From a virus (lineage: Duplodnaviria > Heunggongvirae > Uroviricota > Caudoviricetes): 35,640 nt of DNA. A model generated the notes under the pieces. That model was not told the DNA's origin, did no database searches, and saw only the letters and a program-made list of their open reading frames with translations. This document shows, piece by piece, positions 18,405 to 27,213 of this stretch; position 1 is the stretch's first letter, and the number at the start of each line of letters is the position of its first letter. Location of the stretch: the IMG/VR virus record IMGVR_UViG_2740892107_000010, positions 1-35,640 of that record; one strand, given 5' to 3'. A program made the position numbers and the translations under genes.

Positions 18405-18793
18405 GCAACACATTTAAATTCAGCAGCCGGAGCGAAAAGAATTTGCAGGGCGTAAACCCTGATCTGGTGAAAGTGACCCGACGGGCACTGGAAATCTCGG
18501 AAGTGGATTTTGGTATCACCGAAGGATTGCGCAGCCGTTACCGCCAGAAGCAACTTGTGGCCACAGGTAAGAGCCAGACCATGAACAGCCGCCACCTTAC
18601 GGGACATGCCGTGGATGTTGTGGCTTATGTCGGCAGCCAGGTGTCATGGGAATGGCCGCTGTACGAAAAAATCGCAGCAGCATTCAGACAGGCCAGCCGG
18701 GAGCTGAATATTCCGGTGGAATGGGGCGGCGACTGGAAGACCCTGAAAGACGGACCGCATTTTCAGTTACCACACGGAGCCTATCCGGCATGA
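18401..18793 (+). CDS. Endolysin, peptidase M15-type (L-alanyl-D-glutamate endopeptidase)
   Basis: 130 aa with SRHLTGHAVDV and EWGGDW motifs typical of zinc D-Ala/L-Ala-D-Glu peptidases; start overlaps holin stop. Confidence 0.75.
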   Translation: MSNTFKFSSRSEKNLQGVNPDLVKVTRRALEISEVDFGITEGLRSRYRQKQLVATGKSQTMNSRHLTGHAVDVVAYVGSQVSWEWPLYEKIAAAFRQASRELNIPVEWGGDWKTLKDGPHFQLPHGAYPA

Positions 18794-19197
18794 AGCTCTG
18801 GCCCACGCTGGGTGTCGCTTTCCTTCTGATTGCCGCATGGGGAACATCCATGCGTCTGTCGTGGTCGCTGGGTCGGGAGAACACCAGAAACGAAGCGCAG
18901 GCCAGCACCCTGAAAAGTACCGTCGACACACTGAATATCATCAGCGCCGGAGTACAGGATATGCAGCAGGTGCTGGCACAACTCCGCGCGGAAAATCAGC
19001 AACGCAATCAGGACGGAGAGGCCAGACGTGAACAGCTACGCAACGATATTGCAAAAGATGAATGCGCCCACGCTTTGCCTGACGTTCGTTTTACTGACAG
19101 GTTGCGCAGGCACGCAGAACGCGCCACGGCCAGCACCGTCAGTCCGGCTTATACCGCAGACGCTGACCATACCGGTAACGCCGCCTCCCTTCCCTGA
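18790..19197 (+). CDS. Rz-like inner-membrane spanin
   Basis: ATG overlapping endolysin stop; N-terminal helix LWPTLGVAFLLIAAWG then coiled-coil-like region. Confidence 0.7.
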   Translation: MKLWPTLGVAFLLIAAWGTSMRLSWSLGRENTRNEAQASTLKSTVDTLNIISAGVQDMQQVLAQLRAENQQRNQDGEARREQLRNDIAKDECAHALPDVRFTDRLRRHAERATASTVSPAYTADADHTGNAASLP

Positions 19198-19348
19198 TAC
19201 TCCCACATGGGGAAATCTCGGTATATGGGGCGACCGCCTTCTGGATGCACTGGAAACCTGTAACGCGGATAAACGGGCCATTGAATTACTGGAACAGCGC
19301 AGGCTGCAACGACTGAACAACGAGGACAACAACCATGCTGAAAACTGA
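19058..19348 (+). CDS. Rz1-like outer-membrane lipoprotein spanin
   Basis: Starts inside Rz in another frame; lipobox LLTGC after a signal peptide; proline-rich. Confidence 0.65.
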   Translation: MNAPTLCLTFVLLTGCAGTQNAPRPAPSVRLIPQTLTIPVTPPPFPDTPTWGNLGIWGDRLLDALETCNADKRAIELLEQRRLQRLNNEDNNHAEN

Positions 19349-19802
19349 TTCCCTGCGTGAAGCCATGACCCGTTCATGCCGATGGTGTCAGGCCAACCCG
19401 GAAAAATTCACCATTTTCGTGGAGAGCGGCAACATTGAAACGACCGGAGAAACTCCATCGTTTGTTTACCGCTATCAGATGGTGATGTTTGTCATGGATT
19501 ACGCCGGGGAGCTGGACGACCTCACGCTGCCGTTACTGGCGTGGTTATCCGAAAATCAGCCACAGTTGTTGCTCAACCCTGAGCGTAATCAGGACATCAA
19601 ATTCTCTGCCGTTATTAATGACGATGACAGCGCCGATCTCCTGTTTACGCTTCCCCTGCGGGAACGTGTTCGCATCACGCGCAGCAGTCAGGGCACACCG
19701 CAGGCAGAACACCTTCCGGAGCCAAAACCCCGCCTGCCATCTTCCGAAGGCGACTGGTCGCATGTATTCCAGGATGTGACGTGGGGGGAAAGCGATGGAT
19801 AA
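19335..19802 (+). CDS. R: Tail completion protein R (P2 gpR family)
   Basis: 155 aa, same size as P2 R, follows the lysis genes. Confidence 0.8.
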   Translation: MLKTDSLREAMTRSCRWCQANPEKFTIFVESGNIETTGETPSFVYRYQMVMFVMDYAGELDDLTLPLLAWLSENQPQLLLNPERNQDIKFSAVINDDDSADLLFTLPLRERVRITRSSQGTPQAEHLPEPKPRLPSSEGDWSHVFQDVTWGESDG

Positions 19803-20430
19803 GGCATTCATTCGCGTGGATGAAACTTTTGAGGCCATCCGCGACAGCCTGAATCAGCAGGCCATCAATAACATCGCCAGAAAGCTGGCACAGGATTTAC
19901 GCCGCGCCCAGCAGGCGCGTATCCGGTCACAGAAAGCGCCGGACGGGACCGCGTGGACACCACGCAGACGCCGCGTAACCCGGATACAGGAGCGCATTCG
20001 CTTTATCTGGAATAACGAAACACGCACGCTGAAAAACTGGCATCACGACACGGGGAAATACGGGCGAACCATTACCGGGTGGGATGAGGATAAAAACAAT
20101 ATCCGCACGTTTTACCGGGATGACATCGACCGTTTTCTGGAAATACGCACCCGGCGTATCAACCAGGACAGCACAAAGCACGTCCCCATGTTCGTGAAAC
20201 TGCGCACCACCCGTTACCTGAAAGCCCGCGCGGATGCCTCCGGTGTGACGGTGGGTTACAGCGGCGTGGCCGCACGTATTGCACGCGTTCATCAGTTCGG
20301 CGAGCGCGATCAGGTTGCGCCGGGCATTTTCACCGATTACCCGGTACGTGAGCTGTTGGGTATCAGCCAGGCAGATGAGCGCCTGATTTATAACACGGTG
20401 CTGGGCCGGATTGCGGAGGCTGTACGGTGA
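19795..20430 (+). CDS. S: Tail completion / virion morphogenesis protein S (P2 gpS family)
   Basis: 211 aa after R. Confidence 0.75.
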   Translation: MDKAFIRVDETFEAIRDSLNQQAINNIARKLAQDLRRAQQARIRSQKAPDGTAWTPRRRRVTRIQERIRFIWNNETRTLKNWHHDTGKYGRTITGWDEDKNNIRTFYRDDIDRFLEIRTRRINQDSTKHVPMFVKLRTTRYLKARADASGVTVGYSGVAARIARVHQFGERDQVAPGIFTDYPVRELLGISQADERLIYNTVLGRIAEAVR

Positions 20431-21008
20431 GCGCAGAACTCATGCGACTGCTGAGCAACATCATCCGCACCGGGATCATCTCTGAAGTTGACGAGGAATC
20501 CTGGTGCGTGCGCGTTCGCAGCGGCGAACTGGAAACAGGCTGGCTGCGCTGGAACACCACACGCGCGGGAGCCTTCAACGTGTGGCTTCCGCCATCACCA
20601 GGCGAACAGGTGGCAATTGCCTGCATCGGCGGCAACCCGGAAACCGCCATGATAATCGGCAGCCTGTGGAGTGATGCCATCCCGGCCCCCGGCAAAAGCC
20701 TGAACGAAATCGTGATCAGCGCGCCGGACGGCGCGGTGTTCCGCTACGACGCGGACGCAGGCGCACTGAGCGCCAGCGGCATGAAAACGGCCACTTTACA
20801 GGCATCCGTCAGCGTGAAACTGGACACGCCTGTCGTGGAATGCACAGACCTTCTGAGAACAGCGACGCTTGACGTCACAAAAGGGGGAAAGATGAGCGGC
20901 AATATCACGCACAGCGGCGGCGATTTCACCTCAAACGGCATCACAGTGCATACGCATAAGCACGGTGGCGTTAAAGGTGGTAGCGATTCGACAGGAGGCC
21001 CGCAGTGA
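20427..21008 (+). CDS. V: Baseplate spike protein V (P2 gpV family)
   Basis: 193 aa, GTG start after GCGGAGG. Confidence 0.8.
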   Translation: MSAELMRLLSNIIRTGIISEVDEESWCVRVRSGELETGWLRWNTTRAGAFNVWLPPSPGEQVAIACIGGNPETAMIIGSLWSDAIPAPGKSLNEIVISAPDGAVFRYDADAGALSASGMKTATLQASVSVKLDTPVVECTDLLRTATLDVTKGGKMSGNITHSGGDFTSNGITVHTHKHGGVKGGSDSTGGPQ

Positions 21009-21355
21009 CAACCCGCTACACAGGAATGAATCCGGACGGGACGGGAAACCTGAACGATATGGAGCACCTGAAACAGTCAGTCAGGGACATCCTGACCACC
21101 CCGCTGGCAAGCCGGGTTATGCGACGGGAATATGGCAGCCTTGTGCCTGATTTGATTGACGAACCCATGAATAACACCACGCGTCTGCAATGCATGAGTG
21201 CTGCCGTGATTGCGCTGACACGATGGGAACCCCGCATTGCCCTGGACGCCATCGACGTTGTCTGGAAGGCAGGAGGCCGCGCCGGGGTGACGCTGTCGGG
21301 CACTGTCATGCAGACCATGCAGAATGTTGAATTAACCATCACGCTGAGGGAGTAA
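21005..21355 (+). CDS. W: Baseplate protein W (P2 gpW family)
   Basis: 116 aa; AGGAGG upstream. Confidence 0.85.
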   Translation: MTTRYTGMNPDGTGNLNDMEHLKQSVRDILTTPLASRVMRREYGSLVPDLIDEPMNNTTRLQCMSAAVIALTRWEPRIALDAIDVVWKAGGRAGVTLSGTVMQTMQNVELTITLRE

Positions 21356-21357
21356 TC

Positions 21358-22254
21358 ATGCCTGCCGTTGACCTTTCCCAGTTACCGGAACCCGCCATCA
21401 TCGCGGAGCCTGATTTTGAGGCAATTCTGGCTGACACAAAGGCCATGATGATTGCAGCTTATCCCGCCGAACAGCGTGAAGCCGTCTCCGCCGCGCTGGA
21501 GCTGGAATCGGAACCCCTGAACGTTATCGCCCAGACAACAGCGTTTCGTGAAATGCTGTTACGCCAGCGGGTCAATGAGGGTGCACGCGCCTGCATGTTA
21601 AGCCACAGCGCCGGGACAGACCTGGACAACCTCGCGGGCAATATGAACACAAAGCGCCTGGTTATCACTCCGGCAACGGATACCACCGACGCGGTGATGG
21701 AGAGCGACACCTCGCTGAGACTGCGGGCGCAGCGGGCGTACGACGGCCTGAGTGTTGCTGGCCCGTCAGGTGCATACGAGTATTTTGCCCGCAGCGCCAG
21801 TGGTCTGGTGCGTGATGCGCGGGCTATCAGTCCGTCTCCGGCAAATGTGACGGTTTCCATTCTGTCCACTGAAGGCGACGGCACAGCAACGGAGGCGTTG
21901 CTTAATACCGTTCGCGCCGTTCTGAATGCAGAGGATACCCGCCCGGTGGCCGACCGCCTGACCGTACAGAGCGCCAGAATCGTGACATGGCGGCTGAATG
22001 CAAAACTGTACTTCTACCCCGGCCCGGAATCCGAACCTATTCTGGCCGCGGCTGAATCGTCGTTCAGGAAGTGGCTGGCTGAGCAGGGGCTTATCGGTCA
22101 GGACGTGGCGTTGTCCGCCATTGCTGCCGCACTGCATGTGCACGGTGTGCAACGCGTGGAGATAATCGAACCCACACAGAATATGGCCATCAGCGACATA
22201 CAGGCGGCGCGCTGTGAGTCATTCACCATCAGCGAAGGTGGGCGCAATGAGTAA
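21358..22254 (+). CDS. J: Baseplate protein J (P2 gpJ family)
   Basis: 298 aa. Confidence 0.85.
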   Translation: MPAVDLSQLPEPAIIAEPDFEAILADTKAMMIAAYPAEQREAVSAALELESEPLNVIAQTTAFREMLLRQRVNEGARACMLSHSAGTDLDNLAGNMNTKRLVITPATDTTDAVMESDTSLRLRAQRAYDGLSVAGPSGAYEYFARSASGLVRDARAISPSPANVTVSILSTEGDGTATEALLNTVRAVLNAEDTRPVADRLTVQSARIVTWRLNAKLYFYPGPESEPILAAAESSFRKWLAEQGLIGQDVALSAIAAALHVHGVQRVEIIEPTQNMAISDIQAARCESFTISEGGRNE

Positions 22255-22774
22255 TTCACTGTTACCACCATCAGCCAGCAATTTCATGCGTTGTGCCGAA
22301 GCCGTCGGAGCGCGCATTACAGACATTCCGGTAGACCTCAACACGCTGTGGTCGCCGGACACCTGCCCGGCGCATCTGCTGCCTTATCTCGCCTGGGCGT
22401 TTTCCGTTGACCGCTGGGATCGCAACTGGCCGGAAGAGACAAAGCGACAGGTGATTCGTGATGCATGGCTGATACACCGACACAAAGGAACCATCAGCGC
22501 CCTGCGACGAGCCATTGAACCGCTGGGATACCTCATTCGCGTGTCTGAGTGGTGGGAGTTCGACGGCGAACCCGGAACATTCAAGGTTGATGTTGGCACG
22601 CTGGACAGTGGTGTGACCGAGGAAATGTATCTGGAAATGGAACGGCTGATTGCCGATGCCAAACCCGCAAGTCGCCACCTTATCGGTCTGAACATTATCC
22701 AGGACATTCCCGGCTGTCTGTATACAGGCGGTGTGGTCTGTGATGGTGATGTTATTACTGTTTATCCCGGATAA
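22247..22774 (+). CDS. I: Baseplate protein I (P2 gpI family)
   Basis: 175 aa from ATG 22247, overlapping the J stop. Confidence 0.8.
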   Translation: MSNSLLPPSASNFMRCAEAVGARITDIPVDLNTLWSPDTCPAHLLPYLAWAFSVDRWDRNWPEETKRQVIRDAWLIHRHKGTISALRRAIEPLGYLIRVSEWWEFDGEPGTFKVDVGTLDSGVTEEMYLEMERLIADAKPASRHLIGLNIIQDIPGCLYTGGVVCDGDVITVYPG

Positions 22775-22784
22775 GTGAGAAACA

Positions 22785-25403
22785 ATGAGCACGAAATTTA
22801 AAACCGTTATCACTACTGCCGGAGCCGCAAAGCTGGCTGCCGCCACTGTCCCCGGCGGGAAAAAAGTAAACCTGTCTGCAATGGCCGTGGGTGACGGTAA
22901 TGGCAAATTACCGGTGCCGGATGCCGGTCAGACGAAACTGGTGCATGAGGTCTGGCGTCACGCTCTGAATAAAGTCAGTGTGGATAATAAGAATAAAAAC
23001 TATATTGTGGCTGAACTGGTTGTTCCGCCAGAAGTGGGCGGCTTCTGGATGCGTGAGCTTGGTCTGTATGACGATGCCGGAACACTGATTGCGGTATCCA
23101 ACATGGCAGAAAGCTATAAGCCAGAACTGGCTGAAGGCTCCGGACGTGCGCAGACCTGCCGCATGGTTATTATTCTCAGCAACGTGGCGTCCGTTGAGCT
23201 GAGTATTGATGCCAGCACAGTGATGGCGACGCAGGATTACGTCGATGACAAAATCGCAGAGCATGAGCAGTCCCGCCGCCATCCTGACGCCACGCTGACA
23301 GAAAAAGGTTTTACTCAGTTAAGCAGTGCAACAAACAGCACCAGTGAAAAGCTGGCGGCAACGCCAAAAGCGGTCAAGGCTGCGAATGACAACGCAAATT
23401 CACGTCTGGCGAAAAATCAGAACGGTGCAGATATCCAGGATAAATCAGCTTTTCTGGACAATGTTGGCGTTACCAGCCTGACGTTTATGAAAAACAATGG
23501 CGAAATGCCGCTTGATGCTGATCTGAATACGTTTGGTCCTGTTAAGGCTTATTCAGGTATCTGGTCTAAAGCAACATCCACCAACGCAACACTGGAGAAA
23601 AATTTCCCGGAAGATAATGCTGTCGGTGTGCTTGAGGTTTTTGCTGCCGGCAATTTTGCAGGTACGCAACGCTTTACCACGAGAGACGGCAATGTATACA
23701 TGCGTAAACTCGCCAATAAGTGGAATGGCACTGATGGTCCGTGGGGCGTATGGCGTCACACTCAATCTGCTACCCGCCCTTTGAGTACGACTATAGACCT
23801 GAATACGCTTGGAGCCGCCGAGCATCTTGGTTTATGGCGTAACAGTAGCTCAGCTATAGCTTCATATGAACGCAATTATCCAGAGGAAGGCGGCTTTGCT
23901 CAGGGGATGCTTGAGATCCTCGAAGGCGGAAATTATGGAAGAACGCAACGTTATACCACTCGCCGTGGAAATATGTATGTCCGCTGTCTTGCGGCAAGCT
24001 GGGATGCATCAAATCCGCAGTGGGAACCGTGGTTAAGAGTCGGTCATCAGTCAGAGAGTCGTTATTACGAAGGTGATTTAAATGTTCTAACCGACCCCGG
24101 TATTTACAGTGTTACAGGAAAGGCAACAAACGGTCCGATGCTGGACACCGTTGGCGCGACACTACTTGGGATACTGGAAGTAATCAGACGTTTTGATGGT
24201 GTGTCTGTCTGGCAGCGTTACACAACCACAGGGAAATCAGAAACCACACAGGGACGCACTTTTGAGCGCGTCTACGCCGGGAGCAAATGGACCGAATGGC
24301 GAGAAGTATATAACTCCTTTTCGTTGCCTCTGAATCTGGGCATCGGTGGCGCAGTGGCAAAACTATCCAGTCTGGACTGGCAGACCTACGATTTTGTGCC
24401 GGGCAGTCTGATAACCGTGCGGCTTGATAACATGACCAACATTCCCGACGGTATGGACTGGGGCGTCATTGATGGCAACCTGATAAACATCGCAGTTGGT
24501 CCGAGTGATGATTCCGGTACGGGGCGCTCAATGCATGTATGGCGCAGCACTGTAAGTAAAGCGAACTACCGCTTTTTTATGGTGCGTATTTCAGGAAATC
24601 CGGGAAGCCGCACGATTACAGCAAGACGAGTACCAATCATTGACGAAGCCCAGACATGGGGCGCGAAACAGACATTCAGTGCTGGCCTTTCTGGTGAGCT
24701 GTCAGGCAATGCTGCTACAGCAACAAAGCTGAAAACGGCAAGGACAATTAACGGCGTAAAATTTGACGGCTCAGCAAATATTGAAGCGTTTCCGCCAGGT
24801 GTTCCGCTGCCGTGGCCATCAGATACACCACCTGCAGGCTATGCAATTATGCAGGGGCAGACGTTTGATAAGGCAGCATATCCGAAACTGGCTGTTGCCT
24901 ATCCTTCAGGTGTTATTCCTGATATGCGCGGCTGGACAATCAAGGGCAAACCCGCCAGTGGGCGTGCCGTATTGTCACAGGAGCAGGACGGGATTAAATC
25001 GCATACTCACAGCGCCAGTGCGTCAAATACGGACTTAGGAACGAAAACGACCAGTTCATTTGATTACGGGACAAAAACAGTCAGTACGTTTAACCACGGC
25101 ACAAAATCAACCAATACTTCTGGCAATCATACACATACCGTCGGTTTTGCTGTGAGCGTGCAATCAGGCGGTGCAGATTATGGTGTTCCGCGAAGTGATA
25201 AAGGTGCTACGACTACAAGTTCATCAGGCAATCATGCACATACAGTCAACATTGGAGCACATAACCATACTGTTGGTATTGGTGCACATTCACACACGGT
25301 TGCTATTGGCTCACACGGGCACTCTATTACCGTTAATGCTACAGGTAATACAGAAAATACCGTAAAAAACATCGCATTTAACTATATTGTGAGGCTTGCA
25401 TAA
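22785..25403 (+). CDS. H: Tail fiber protein (P2 gpH family)
   Basis: 872 aa; conserved fiber N-terminus; three internal repeated segments; C-terminus rich in H-x-H repeats. Confidence 0.9.
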   Translation: MSTKFKTVITTAGAAKLAAATVPGGKKVNLSAMAVGDGNGKLPVPDAGQTKLVHEVWRHALNKVSVDNKNKNYIVAELVVPPEVGGFWMRELGLYDDAGTLIAVSNMAESYKPELAEGSGRAQTCRMVIILSNVASVELSIDASTVMATQDYVDDKIAEHEQSRRHPDATLTEKGFTQLSSATNSTSEKLAATPKAVKAANDNANSRLAKNQNGADIQDKSAFLDNVGVTSLTFMKNNGEMPLDADLNTFGPVKAYSGIWSKATSTNATLEKNFPEDNAVGVLEVFAAGNFAGTQRFTTRDGNVYMRKLANKWNGTDGPWGVWRHTQSATRPLSTTIDLNTLGAAEHLGLWRNSSSAIASYERNYPEEGGFAQGMLEILEGGNYGRTQRYTTRRGNMYVRCLAASWDASNPQWEPWLRVGHQSESRYYEGDLNVLTDPGIYSVTGKATNGPMLDTVGATLLGILEVIRRFDGVSVWQRYTTTGKSETTQGRTFERVYAGSKWTEWREVYNSFSLPLNLGIGGAVAKLSSLDWQTYDFVPGSLITVRLDNMTNIPDGMDWGVIDGNLINIAVGPSDDSGTGRSMHVWRSTVSKANYRFFMVRISGNPGSRTITARRVPIIDEAQTWGAKQTFSAGLSGELSGNAATATKLKTARTINGVKFDGSANIEAFPPGVPLPWPSDTPPAGYAIMQGQTFDKAAYPKLAVAYPSGVIPDMRGWTIKGKPASGRAVLSQEQDGIKSHTHSASASNTDLGTKTTSSFDYGTKTVSTFNHGTKSTNTSGNHTHTVGFAVSVQSGGADYGVPRSDKGATTTSSSGNHAHTVNIGAHNHTVGIGAHSHTVAIGSHGHSITVNATGNTENTVKNIAFNYIVRLA

Positions 25404-25978
25404 TGGCTTTCAGAATGAGTGCAGAAGCACAAACTATCCGCGTATTTAATTTACTTGATGGAACCAATGAATTTATTGGGGAAAGTGAAGCGTATATTCC
25501 ACCGTATACAGGTCTGCCAGCAAACAGTACAGATATTGCACCACCTGATATTCCTGCTGGTTATGCAGCCGTTTTCAATGCAGATGAAATGAAATGGGAA
25601 CTGATGGAAGACCATCGCGGAAAGACCGTCTATGAAACGAAAACAGGAGCAGCCATTTATATTTCTGAACTTGGCGCATTACCTCCAGACGTGACAGCCA
25701 TTTCCCCGGAGGGGGATTATCAGAAATGGAACGGAAATGCGTGGGTGAATGATGAGAATGCAGAGCGTGATGCACTTGTCAGAGCCGCCGAATCTCAGAA
25801 GAGAGAACAAATCGCTTATGCGAGTAAGATCATTGCTACTTTGCAGGACGCTGTTGATTTAGATATAGCGACAGAAGACGAAAAGATAAACTTGACACGC
25901 TGGAAGAAGTACCGTGTATTGGTGAATCGTATTCAACCAGAAAATACCACCGATATTGATTGGCCAGAGCAACCATGA
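25403..25978 (+). CDS. G: Tail fiber assembly chaperone (P2 gpG family)
   Basis: 191 aa immediately after H. Confidence 0.8.
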   Translation: MAFRMSAEAQTIRVFNLLDGTNEFIGESEAYIPPYTGLPANSTDIAPPDIPAGYAAVFNADEMKWELMEDHRGKTVYETKTGAAIYISELGALPPDVTAISPEGDYQKWNGNAWVNDENAERDALVRAAESQKREQIAYASKIIATLQDAVDLDIATEDEKINLTRWKKYRVLVNRIQPENTTDIDWPEQP

Positions 25979-25982
25979 AAAA

Positions 25983-26006
25983 AGGCGCTTACTGCGCCTT
26001 TTTTTG
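25983..26006. terminator. Bidirectional rho-independent terminator
   Basis: Stem aggcgc / gcgcct with loop ttact, A-run before and T7 after; overlaps the last codons of the convergent acetyltransferase gene. Confidence 0.65.
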
Positions 26007-26531
26007 TCTTATAACAGGAGTTATTTCGTTTATATATATTGAGTTGGAAGGAATAGATTTTGTTACCAGAGCATGAGCACCTATCGTAACGTTATCACCG
26101 ATATTAACTTGCCCACCAAGGATAGATGAATTGCAACCTATATCAACATTATCTCCAATAGTAATCATTGCCTCATTGGAAGGGGTTCTTAGACCAATAG
26201 TAACACCTTGCTTTATATGTAGATTTCTCCCTATCACACAGTTTTCTGTAATAACAATACCTGATAAGTGAGCAATATCTAAGCCTGGCCCTATACTCAC
26301 TGTTAAAGGAATCTCAACATTATAATCGCGATGAAGGTTTGCTCCGATGCGTTTGCCCACCCGGCGCATGAACCCTCCTCTGCTGTATAGATAGCTGGCC
26401 ACTCGCCACCAAAACATAAAGTGTTTTCGCCTATTGCGTCTGGTGCGAGTTAAAGCTTTTCTCCATGAAAACTCATGGTTTCCGCCTATAACTTCTATTT
26501 TTATACACTCCTTTAATGTTTTTATATCCAT
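25989..26531 (-). CDS. Hexapeptide-repeat (left-handed beta-helix) acetyltransferase, AT-rich cargo gene
   Basis: 180 aa with repeated [LIV]-G-x4 hexads (IGDNVDIG, VNIGDNVTIG, VIGRNLHIKQGVTIG); AT-rich; convergent with the tail-fiber operon. Confidence 0.75.
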   Translation of the reverse strand: MDIKTLKECIKIEVIGGNHEFSWRKALTRTRRNRRKHFMFWWRVASYLYSRGGFMRRVGKRIGANLHRDYNVEIPLTVSIGPGLDIAHLSGIVITENCVIGRNLHIKQGVTIGLRTPSNEAMITIGDNVDIGCNSSILGGQVNIGDNVTIGAHALVTKSIPSNSIYINEITPVIRQKKAQ

Positions 26532-26712
26532 GAATTTAATCTCTGCATTATCACTTACAATGTAATGGGGTGTTAATCTGACTGGGTGTGTAATGAACTC
26601 TCAAGAAATTATATTGTGGCTACTGGATGTATTCAATAAGATGGAACCAACATGTAATGTGCTTGAATGGTCCGATATGTTACGGACCATTTATCACAAG
26701 AAATTAAACTCT

Positions 26713-27207
26713 TTAAAATAAACTATGAACTGAGTTAGCCACGCTATTTAAAGACGAGGTTACCTTATCTTTGAAGCCAGTCAGCATATCGCTGAACGAT
26801 GAGGATTGCAGGCGCTCCCGCAAATCCTCATCACAGCGGTCAAGGGTCAGTGAAAACTCTATCTTTTTTGCCTTGCCGTAGCGATCAAACTCGGAGCGGG
26901 TCGTACTTGTGTCAGTCAGAACATACATGCCGTAAATCTGCCCGACGCCATCAATCAGAGGCCAGGGGCGCCCTGTATACGCCTGCGTGGTCAGCAGCGA
27001 CAGGGACACTTCGCCACCTGTGATTTCAGGATAAAGCACACCAGAAAGAACGACGCGATCATCACCTGCACCGATATACTGCCAGCTTGCTGAACGGTTA
27101 ACGCGCTCATTTTTCACATGCCGCCAGCTTTTGTTTTGCTGTAACTGCTGATGCGGCAATGTGCGCAGCTCAAAAACAAACATGCCGTAGATCATCATCA
27201 TGACCAT
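26713..27207 (-). CDS. U: Tail protein U (P2 gpU family)
   Basis: 164 aa immediately downstream of the tape-measure gene. Confidence 0.75.
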   Translation of the reverse strand: MVMMMIYGMFVFELRTLPHQQLQQNKSWRHVKNERVNRSASWQYIGAGDDRVVLSGVLYPEITGGEVSLSLLTTQAYTGRPWPLIDGVGQIYGMYVLTDTSTTRSEFDRYGKAKKIEFSLTLDRCDEDLRERLQSSSFSDMLTGFKDKVTSSLNSVANSVHSLF

Positions 27208-27213
27208 GACTCC

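Noticed and set aside
22785-25978. Possible invertible tail-fiber segment (Mu Gin / P1 Cin type host-range switch)
   Set aside because: No invertase gene and no flanking inverted repeats; H and G are continuous on one strand.
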